DNA of 18,701 bases from a virus (Duplodnaviria > Heunggongvirae > Uroviricota > Caudoviricetes): IMG/VR virus record IMGVR_UViG_3300044846_005772. One strand, written 5' to 3'. The notes beneath the pieces were generated by a model. That model was not told the DNA's origin and searched no databases. It was given only the letters and a program-made list of their open reading frames with translations. Positions within the stretch are counted from its first letter, which is position 1; each line of letters opens with the position of its first letter. A program made the translations under genes and the position numbers. Shown here one piece after another: positions 7,830 through 15,137 of the stretch.

Positions 7830-8429
7830 TTATTTTAAAGAATTGATTAATTGATTAGATATTATGCCAACATTTAGAGTATTTACTGGAGTTAACGTCT
7901 GTCCACTTCTTAGTTTTTTAGCGCTTTCTTTATGCTCCCAGTGCCATGGCTCAATATTTCTAGCAAGTGTGGTAAATCCAAAAACCTCTGCATTTGTTTT
8001 TGCTCCACTCTTAAGAGCCGCTAACTCTGCGCTAGGTGCAGCATTTAACCAATTCCAAGCAGAATCTCCCTTTTTTACAGTTATATCAACTGCACTTCCC
8101 CACCCATGATTAGATGTACCTGGGCGAGCCGCCAAGTTTCCTTTTCCTGATTTATACTTTTTCCAAGCACACCACTGTGTAAAGCCCTTAGAACAACCTT
8201 CACTTTCGCTACCTAATGCTCGGTATGATTGCAATATTTTCCAACGTATTCCAGCTTTTTCAGCTGCAGCTACCATTGCATTATACGCAGCTGCCGCTTC
8301 CGGATTAAGGCGATGATCAGCAGTTTCACCCATTTTTTTCACAATTGGGATTAGCAGATTTGTGCTTAATGCTCCATTTGAATTCTCATTAAGTTTCTTC
8401 CAATCGAAATATTCAACTAAGTATTTCAT
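7830..8429 (-). CDS. M15B/VanY-type D-Ala-D-Ala carboxypeptidase-like Zn peptidase with capsid-targeting-like leader
   Basis: YR motif, PGTSNHGWGSAVD (SxHxxGxAxD) and EPWH (ExxH); leader MKYLVEYFDWKKLNE. Confidence 0.9.
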   Translation of the reverse strand: MKYLVEYFDWKKLNENSNGALSTNLLIPIVKKMGETADHRLNPEAAAAYNAMVAAAEKAGIRWKILQSYRALGSESEGCSKGFTQWCAWKKYKSGKGNLAARPGTSNHGWGSAVDITVKKGDSAWNWLNAAPSAELAALKSGAKTNAEVFGFTTLARNIEPWHWEHKESAKKLRSGQTLTPVNTLNVGIISNQLINSLK

Positions 8430-8968
8430 TATATCATATCGATATTTTTTAGCCCAACTCTGATTATGTGGTGCATGATATTGTTGCCTAAATCATATAA
8501 AGTATCCGCATTTCTACCTAAACGTTTAATCTCATGTGGAGATAATGGAATAAGTGTTTTAGAACTAGAGTGTTCTGTCTCTTCATTCGTATGCAAATTA
8601 ATATATGTAGTAACTACTTGAAGATACATATTCTCAATTAACTCAGATGGAGTGAATAGTTCTAAGTCGATAAGTAAACTCGAATCACCCGAAGAATCAA
8701 GTATGCTTGCTTCTGCTCTATTGAATGCAAATTTTACTTTTGCATCGAACATTATTGCAAGAGGTTCTTCTGTTTTCCCATCAACTACTTGACCATAATC
8801 GAAGGATACTTCAAGCTGATTAACCATGGGTCTTACCCAAGCCATCCAATTAAGATACTTATTATCGTAATCATCATCGACTTCGGCTAAGATTCTTTTA
8901 GCTACATTATACTCTAATGAGCCAGACGCAGTAGCTTCGTTTACAAATTCTGAAAATGAATGCAACAT
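8429..8968 (-). CDS. Hypothetical protein with capsid-targeting-like leader (MLHSFSEFVNE)
   Basis: 179-aa ORF with 1-nt TAATG stop/start overlaps at both ends. Confidence 0.8.
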   Translation of the reverse strand: MLHSFSEFVNEATASGSLEYNVAKRILAEVDDDYDNKYLNWMAWVRPMVNQLEVSFDYGQVVDGKTEEPLAIMFDAKVKFAFNRAEASILDSSGDSSLLIDLELFTPSELIENMYLQVVTTYINLHTNEETEHSSSKTLIPLSPHEIKRLGRNADTLYDLGNNIMHHIIRVGLKNIDMI

Positions 8969-9198
8969 TAGTTTCTAGGATGGTATGGGCTCCTGTCCCC
9001 TCTTTTTGCTCTTTGTAGAACTTCCCATTGGCGATCGCTTGCTCGCCCTCCCTGCTTCATACAACGATCTAGAATCTTTAGAGCAAACTCGTTACCCTTA
9101 AGTATCTGTCGCCAGTATGTCTCACTTTTTATCTCATGCGGAAACTTTTCAGAATTTTCATTTAGCCAATTCAGATAATTTGATACATGGTTGTTCAT
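8968..9198 (-). CDS. Hypothetical basic protein (76 aa) with capsid-targeting-like leader (MNNHVSNYLNWLNE)
   Basis: Start reassigned from 9231 to ATG 9198, 5 nt after a GATAAATA box on the minus strand. Confidence 0.75.
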   Translation of the reverse strand: MNNHVSNYLNWLNENSEKFPHEIKSETYWRQILKGNEFALKILDRCMKQGGRASDRQWEVLQRAKRGDRSPYHPRN

Positions 9199-9203
9199 GA
9201 AAT

Positions 9204-9211
9204 TATTTATC
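9204..9211 (-). promoter_or_regulatory. T4-like late promoter box (GATAAATA) heading the three-gene operon 9198->7830
   Basis: + strand TATTTATC at 9204-9211. Confidence 0.6.
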
Positions 9212-9398
9212 TCTGCTCGTGAACAGTCCATTCATCATTTTCACGAATTGCTTTGATAACGTGTGTATCTCCATTTATCTTGAATTGCAATGTAATCGTT
9301 ACAGAATCTTCATGTAAAATTTTAACTTGAGTCGCCAGATCAGACGTACCTGATCCATATTTTTCCAAGATTTCCTTAACGGTTTTTTGGTACGACAT
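9207..9398 (-). CDS. Hypothetical protein (63 aa)
   Basis: Fills the gap in the minus-strand run; protein-like composition. Confidence 0.6.
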   Translation of the reverse strand: MSYQKTVKEILEKYGSGTSDLATQVKILHEDSVTITLQFKINGDTHVIKAIRENDEWTVHEQR

Positions 9399-9445
9399 GC
9401 GCTGCTGATTTTAAATCTTTTTTACTCAAAGATAATAATCAGGTT

Positions 9446-9823
9446 TTACTTATTAATCTCTTCCAAATCTTCTTGGATGAAGAATTCTCCCAACTGTCCA
9501 GGAAAAGCGAAGGCTGTTGCGTTTACAATCTTAGCTAGCTTCTCCGGTTTTACGTATGCTAATATGTAGTCACGAGAAGATGCATTAACTTTAATCGGTT
9601 CGTTCTCATACATAACTATCACTTGGAAACTTAGTACTCGATCCCCATCTACTTTCGCTAGACATAGCTTTGACCACGTTGCAACAACACTCCAGCCCGA
9701 TTCGAATGTCCACCGCATACCTTTTCCCTTAACTATGAAAGAACAACGATCGTCGTATATAGGAAGAAACAGGCTTTGATTCTCATACTCTAAGTATTCA
9801 GGAAAAACAGATTCAGTGTTCAT
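9446..9823 (-). CDS. Hypothetical protein (125 aa)
   Basis: ORF preceded by the shared TTTAGTATATTAATAACATG motif. Confidence 0.7.
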   Translation of the reverse strand: MNTESVFPEYLEYENQSLFLPIYDDRCSFIVKGKGMRWTFESGWSVVATWSKLCLAKVDGDRVLSFQVIVMYENEPIKVNASSRDYILAYVKPEKLAKIVNATAFAFPGQLGEFFIQEDLEEINK

Positions 9824-9840
9824 GTTATTAATATACTAAA
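9821..9840 (-). promoter_or_regulatory. Shared upstream motif (putative early/middle promoter plus start region), copy 2
   Basis: TTTAGTATATTAATAACATG; 17/20 identical to 7784-7803. Confidence 0.45.
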
Positions 9841-9858
9841 GGAACCTACTTTTTTACT

Positions 9859-9866
9859 GATAAATA
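9859..9866 (+). promoter_or_regulatory. T4-like late promoter box (GATAAATA)
   Basis: 25 nt upstream of ATG 9892 in a divergent intergenic region. Confidence 0.55.
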
Positions 9867-9891
9867 TTATTACAATCAAAAAATTAAAAAT

Positions 9892-10698
9892 ATGGCATTT
9901 AGCATAGTTATTTCAGAAGATCCTGATTATTCAACTGGGATTCTTGAAAATCGTTCCCTTAAGATAAAAGCTTCAATCAAAGTAATCGGAAACACTTTTC
10001 CAAAAGTATTAAAGGAAGTGCAAAAAGTTTTTACGTCAATTGATGAATTAAACAGTAACCTTAAAAGTATTGAGGCATATGGCAATGCAGACATTCGCAT
10101 ATATTTGGAACTTACTGCATCTACCTCTACTCAAACTGTTGAATTTGTGCAAGTCGGTGAAATCACGCCATTGATACAATCCGCATTAGACAACTCATTT
10201 ACTACTTATACGTATCATGGAGATGCAATTTTTCCATATAGCGAAGTTCCGAAACAAGAAGATCAAATTGAAGAACTTTCAGGAACAATTAAGTTACTTC
10301 TAATTTCCAAGGAAAAATTCGAAGATGCAATAGTTAATGAATATTCAGGAGAAACTCCTAGTATTTCAATAGATGAGGCTATCTCAGTAATTGATGAGCT
10401 AACTGCTGAATATAATAGAATTGGTGCAAAAATATCTGCATACAAAAAACAGGCAAATCGATATATTACTTTTGATGAATTTGATAAGAGCACTGAGGCT
10501 TTTTATAAAAAGTATTATGAACTTCTTTCAAATGATTTCATACCTAGATTAACTGAACTTATGGACAAAGCAGTAGACAATTCAGTTGTTTCTATCCAAG
10601 TTGATTCCAAGATATCTGACCGTTATAAAGCGATTGCTGCTGCTCGAACGGCTTTGACCAATTTGTTGTCTGTGCTTAATGCTCAGGGATTCAAGTAA
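9892..10698 (+). CDS. Hypothetical late protein (268 aa), helical C-terminal half
   Basis: Long ORF with a late box and A-rich start region; no recognised motif. Confidence 0.75.
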   Translation: MAFSIVISEDPDYSTGILENRSLKIKASIKVIGNTFPKVLKEVQKVFTSIDELNSNLKSIEAYGNADIRIYLELTASTSTQTVEFVQVGEITPLIQSALDNSFTTYTYHGDAIFPYSEVPKQEDQIEELSGTIKLLLISKEKFEDAIVNEYSGETPSISIDEAISVIDELTAEYNRIGAKISAYKKQANRYITFDEFDKSTEAFYKKYYELLSNDFIPRLTELMDKAVDNSVVSIQVDSKISDRYKAIAAARTALTNLLSVLNAQGFK

Positions 10699-10722
10699 AT
10701 GTGACTAATTATAATCTACCCT

Positions 10723-10730
10723 TATAAATA
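10723..10730 (+). promoter_or_regulatory. Exact T4 late promoter consensus TATAAATA upstream of the signalling operon
   Basis: TATAAATA at 10723-10730; nearest ATG at 10754, annotated GTG at 10768. Confidence 0.6.
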
Positions 10731-10767
10731 GTAATAGATATTACATTAAAAATATGAAACAGATAGA

Positions 10768-12003
10768 GTGTTTTGGCAAGATCTTCCACAGTCAAGTAGA
10801 TTTCCTTTAATTGGAGCTCTGCTTGTGATGGCAACTTTTGCAGCAATCAAAATGCTTTTATTTTTTGGAGTAGTCGAATATTCTTCCAAATCTTCATTAT
10901 TTGAAGTAGCTTGCTTTATAATATTCATTCCGAGTTTTTACATAACTGTTTTTGCATTCATCAATGAGCAAAAGAGAAAAAATCTCGAAATTAGTCAATT
11001 CATAGATGCGTCGGCGATTGTCTCAGTTACCGATAAGCGGGGTAAAATAACGTACGTTAATAAAAAATTTGAAGATGTATCTGGTTGGACTCTCAAGGAA
11101 GTAATAGGTAAAGACCATAGCTTAGTGAATTCGGACACCCAACCTGCTGGATATTGGGGTAAAATGTATGAAACTGTATTGCGTGGTGAAATATGGAATG
11201 ACATAGTCTGTAATAAAGCAAAGGACGGCTCTTACTATTGGGTCGACACATATATTAGAGCAAGGTTCGATGTTAATGGAGAACTTGAAGGTTTTTCATC
11301 GATTCGACAGGACGTTACGAAAATCTTGGAGCAATCCAATGAGCTTGACAGAAAGAATACGTATTTGGAACATGCTGCTAAGATACTTAGACATGATATG
11401 CACTCTGGTATCAACACATACATACCTAGAGGACTTAACTCCTTGGAAAGAAGATTAAATCACGAGGAAATCGATAGGTTAAAGATTGAAGCTCCTTTGA
11501 AGATGATTAAGGAAGGTTTAAAGCATTCGCAAAAAGTATATTCAGGTGTCTATGAATTTACTAATCTTGTCAAAAAAGACGTCGTTCTTAATAAGAAAGA
11601 GTGTTCAATTAAAGACATTCTCAAGGATTACTTGTCATCCACTGCGTACATTAGTCAAGTCATAATTGAAGAATCTCTTCCAACCATTTTAGTAAATGAA
11701 CCTCTTTTTTGTACAGCACTTGATAACTTAATTAGAAATGGTTTGAAATACAACGATTCTGATTCCAAATTCGTTAGGATATATTGTGAATCGAATTGCA
11801 TAGTAATACAAGATAATGGAAGAGGAATTACTCAGCAGGACTTTGATCATTTGTCTAAACCATACGTTAGGAAGGAAGGACAAAAGGAATCTGGAACAGG
11901 TTTAGGCTTGAATATTTGTGTAGCTATCCTAAAGGAACATGGTTTCAAAATCACCTGTGAGAAAAATGATATTGGAACAAAAATGAAAATACATTACTTA
12001 TGA
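10768..12003 (+). CDS. Membrane PAS-domain sensor histidine kinase
   Basis: Two N-terminal TM segments; Aer/NifL-like PAS (ITYVNKKF..SG...EVIG.DH...KDGSYYWV); H-box RHDMHS; N-box DNLIRNGLKYN; G1 DNGRG; G2 GTGLGL. Start codon uncertain. Confidence 0.9.
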   Translation: MFWQDLPQSSRFPLIGALLVMATFAAIKMLLFFGVVEYSSKSSLFEVACFIIFIPSFYITVFAFINEQKRKNLEISQFIDASAIVSVTDKRGKITYVNKKFEDVSGWTLKEVIGKDHSLVNSDTQPAGYWGKMYETVLRGEIWNDIVCNKAKDGSYYWVDTYIRARFDVNGELEGFSSIRQDVTKILEQSNELDRKNTYLEHAAKILRHDMHSGINTYIPRGLNSLERRLNHEEIDRLKIEAPLKMIKEGLKHSQKVYSGVYEFTNLVKKDVVLNKKECSIKDILKDYLSSTAYISQVIIEESLPTILVNEPLFCTALDNLIRNGLKYNDSDSKFVRIYCESNCIVIQDNGRGITQQDFDHLSKPYVRKEGQKESGTGLGLNICVAILKEHGFKITCEKNDIGTKMKIHYL

Positions 12004-12614
12004 AGAAATTATTATTAATAGTTTTATCATCTCTATTTTCTATGACAGTGTTTGCTCAAACCAAATATCCTATCAAGACAATATTCAAGGGAGACTCAGT
12101 TGTGATTTTAACAGTCCAACAATCTGAAAAAATAAATCAGATGCTTGAGAAAAGTGCAGTCGCGACCAAGGAAAATCGAAAGAAAAATAAAGAATATGAA
12201 GATGAGATTGCTAAGTTATCCAAGATAATTTCCGATCAGAATGCTTATATCGATAGTTTATCAAATGTATTATTAGAATGTTGGACTGATGGAGATGAAT
12301 TGTCCGATAGCTTATGGAAATGGGCGATAGGCCCTTCGCTCGTGTACACTCAATATCCAGACGATACTACTCTTTACGTTATGGACTTATCTCACTATTA
12401 CATGACAACTGATGATTTTGGAATAATTATGGTTAGATTGTCTGATCGTGAATATGCAAAATATCAGGAATTTATTGCTAGATATGGATTGAGCGAAGAT
12501 GCTTTTTGGAGATTTAGAAATGAGATGCGAATAAAAAAACTTAGCGATGCTGAAGTTAAGCAAAAAAGAGTTTGGAAGTTTAAATTACAGTGGAACAAGG
12601 AGGAACGTAAATGA
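12000..12614 (+). CDS. Secreted/periplasmic protein with coiled coil (signalling-operon accessory)
   Basis: Signal peptide MKKLLLIVLSSLFSMTVFA-Q; heptad region; ATGA overlaps with both neighbouring kinases. Confidence 0.8.
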   Translation: MKKLLLIVLSSLFSMTVFAQTKYPIKTIFKGDSVVILTVQQSEKINQMLEKSAVATKENRKKNKEYEDEIAKLSKIISDQNAYIDSLSNVLLECWTDGDELSDSLWKWAIGPSLVYTQYPDDTTLYVMDLSHYYMTTDDFGIIMVRLSDREYAKYQEFIARYGLSEDAFWRFRNEMRIKKLSDAEVKQKRVWKFKLQWNKEERK

Positions 12615-13942
12615 AATCAATATTAACCTTTATTTTTGTAGTAGCCAGTACACTCGTACTTTCTCAAGATAGCATTGATTTTACTATTAATCCAAATTGG
12701 GAAAATCCAGAAGAATTTAAAGACACTGTTGTCGCAAAGTCTTTCAACTTAAATGATATTTTTCCAGAAAAGATTATTCCAAGTTGGATCGCTCCAGAAC
12801 CAGATCCTGAGCCTCTTTCTCAAGAATTAAGTGAGGCCGATATTAAGTTATTGGAAGGCGATGTTAAATTTATGTCAGAACTTCCACAGTCATATTCTAA
12901 TTTACCTAAGGAGAATTTGAACTCGATTTTAAAGCAGATCGATAATAAAATAATTCAGTTAAAGCAGGAACTAGATGCTTTGATAAGCGCAAGAAATGCA
13001 AATCAGGAAGTTATTAAAACCAAGCAGAACACATTAACTGTTCTTGAAAAGGAAAAGAATATAATAAACTTGACATTGGCTGAGGGCGAGCTTAAGGACA
13101 AAAATGGAAACTTATTAAATCAAAATGATATATTAAAGATTGAGCAAGACAAACTTAGAAAGTACTTATATACTGCATTTGCTATTCTTCTAGCTCTTTC
13201 ATTAGTGATAGCTGTTGTTCTTCAAAGAAAAAGAATACAGGTTCAGGATGTTGAAATACAAGACCAAATTGACGAGATTAATAAAAAGAACAGCTATTTG
13301 GAGCATGCTGCTCGAATCATCAGACATGATATGCATTCTGGAATTAACACGTATATGCCACGTGGAATAAGTTCACTTGAAAAAAGGCTGAGCGCAGAAG
13401 ACATCCACAAATTAAAAATAGAAGCTGCTCTTAAGATGGTCAAAGAGGGCCTTAGTCACACTCAGAGGGTTTATAAAAGTGTATATGAGTTTACTAACTT
13501 AGTTAAACAGAATGTAGTTCTAAATAAATCTAATGTGAATCTTAAGCAACTTCTAGATACTTATATTTCCGCAAATCCATATAGTTCTCAAGTTGAAATT
13601 TCAGATCTTTGCGAGATAGAAGTAAATGAGATACTTTTTTGCACAGCTATTGAAAATTTAATAAAGAATGGTCTAACATATAACGATAGTTCAGAAAAAG
13701 TAGTTAAGATATATTTAGAAGAAGATTCATTAATCATAGAAGACAATGGCCGAGGATTTTCACAAAAGGATTTTGAAAAACAGCTTAAGAAGTATTCGAG
13801 CAAAGAAGAATTTTCAGAAGATGGAAAGGGTCTTGGCTTGAACATATGTTCAGCAATATTGGAAGAACATGGTTTTTCTCTCTCTTGTGATAAAGTTGAG
13901 AAAGGTACTAAAATGAAAATTAAACTAAAAAATAATAAATAA
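12611..13942 (+). CDS. Sensor histidine kinase with signal peptide, periplasmic coiled coil and one TM (paralogue of 10768..12003)
   Basis: YLEHAARIIRHDMHSGINTY H-box nearly identical to the first kinase; ENLIKNGLTYN, EDNGRG, GKGLGL boxes. Confidence 0.9.
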   Translation: MKSILTFIFVVASTLVLSQDSIDFTINPNWENPEEFKDTVVAKSFNLNDIFPEKIIPSWIAPEPDPEPLSQELSEADIKLLEGDVKFMSELPQSYSNLPKENLNSILKQIDNKIIQLKQELDALISARNANQEVIKTKQNTLTVLEKEKNIINLTLAEGELKDKNGNLLNQNDILKIEQDKLRKYLYTAFAILLALSLVIAVVLQRKRIQVQDVEIQDQIDEINKKNSYLEHAARIIRHDMHSGINTYMPRGISSLEKRLSAEDIHKLKIEAALKMVKEGLSHTQRVYKSVYEFTNLVKQNVVLNKSNVNLKQLLDTYISANPYSSQVEISDLCEIEVNEILFCTAIENLIKNGLTYNDSSEKVVKIYLEEDSLIIEDNGRGFSQKDFEKQLKKYSSKEEFSEDGKGLGLNICSAILEEHGFSLSCDKVEKGTKMKIKLKNNK

Positions 13943-13948
13943 AAAAGT

Positions 13949-14386
13949 ATGATAGATTCTATTTTGTTGGTCGATGATGAAGATTTATTTCATCTAGTTT
14001 TTGAGGATGCTTGCAGTTTGCTAGACATAACGCTATCCTTAAAATCTATTAGAAGTTCAGATGAGGCAGGCCGACTTTTTAAGAAGTGGTTCGATGAAGG
14101 ATCCAGCATAGAGAGACCAGAATGCGTGTTTGTTGACTTGAACATAATTGGTTCTTCATTCGATGGAATTGAATTGATTAGAAAGATAAACTTCGAATAT
14201 GGTAATCACGTTGTGATAGGAATAATCTCATCATCTAATGAATCTACTGAGCAGGCAAAAGCTGTTCAAGCAGGTGCTCAGTTTTGGATAATCAAATCAG
14301 ATGATATTGAGCCAAGATTAGAAGAATTCAAGAAGGATTACGACAGTTATAAAAATAGAACAGCTCCATTTAAAGTATACAGATGA
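13949..14386 (+). CDS. Single-domain (CheY-like) response regulator
   Basis: ILLVDDED acidic pocket, FVDLN phospho-acceptor Asp, ISSS, conserved Lys in IIKS; no output domain. Confidence 0.9.
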   Translation: MIDSILLVDDEDLFHLVFEDACSLLDITLSLKSIRSSDEAGRLFKKWFDEGSSIERPECVFVDLNIIGSSFDGIELIRKINFEYGNHVVIGIISSSNESTEQAKAVQAGAQFWIIKSDDIEPRLEEFKKDYDSYKNRTAPFKVYR

Positions 14387-15060
14387 TAAAACTTACTCCA
14401 GATATTCATAAAGAGTTAATTGAGTTACAGAAGACCAAAAATATATCTCTTGAAGGTAACATAATCCGCATGATAGATCATGATGGAGATGAGGAGTTTG
14501 CAAAGTATTTGGAAGAAAGTCTAGCTAAGGATAAAGAAACTCGACGTCGTAGGCTTGAGATCACCAAGCAGATTCAGGAGAAAAATAATGAGTTAACTAA
14601 TCTGAACGCTGAAAATCAGAGGATCATGGATGAACTTCAAGATTCTGTGAAAAATATGGAAGAGCAGAAGGATCAGATAGAAATTCAAAATCGTGAATTA
14701 ATTGCATGGAAGGAAGATAATGAACGAATTTCAATTGAACTTAGGGATGCAATGTTAGAATCTGAGAGAGCTAAGGAGGCTGCTGAACGCGCAAAGGATG
14801 CTGCTGAGACTGATCTCGATATGATGCAAAAGAAAACTCAATTTGAGTTGATTGGAGTAATCGTAAAAGTTTCTCTTTTTGTAATAATTGGTGTTGGAAT
14901 AACAACAACTGTTTTATACGTGATAGCAATATTCAACGGAACAGATACTCAGATAATCGGTTCAACTTGGAGTAATATGTTTGGTATATTATTGACGAAC
15001 GCTTTCTCGATAATAGGTACTATAATGGGAGTTAAGTACGCTAGCGAGAAGCCAAACTAA
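14383..15060 (+). CDS. Coiled-coil protein with two C-terminal TM helices
   Basis: Long charged heptad region, then hydrophobic VIVKVSLFVIIGVGITTTVLYVIAIF and MFGILLTNAFSIIGTIMGV; ATGA-coupled to the receiver gene. Confidence 0.8.
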   Translation: MIKLTPDIHKELIELQKTKNISLEGNIIRMIDHDGDEEFAKYLEESLAKDKETRRRRLEITKQIQEKNNELTNLNAENQRIMDELQDSVKNMEEQKDQIEIQNRELIAWKEDNERISIELRDAMLESERAKEAAERAKDAAETDLDMMQKKTQFELIGVIVKVSLFVIIGVGITTTVLYVIAIFNGTDTQIIGSTWSNMFGILLTNAFSIIGTIMGVKYASEKPN

Positions 15061-15121
15061 CTTACATGCGATCTATTTTAACAATCCTGTTCCTAACTAT
15101 TCCAATTTCTCTAGGGATTTG

Positions 15122-15129
15122 GATAAATA
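15122..15129 (+). promoter_or_regulatory. T4-like late promoter box (GATAAATA)
   Basis: 8 nt before in-frame ATG 15138. Confidence 0.6.
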
Positions 15130-15137
15130 TTAATACT

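Noticed and set aside
15066-15137. Signal peptide on the phosphatase
   Set aside because: The stretch contains a GATAAATA box 8 nt before an in-frame ATG with the shared leader; the hydrophobic look likely reflects AT-rich intergenic DNA. Not fully excluded.
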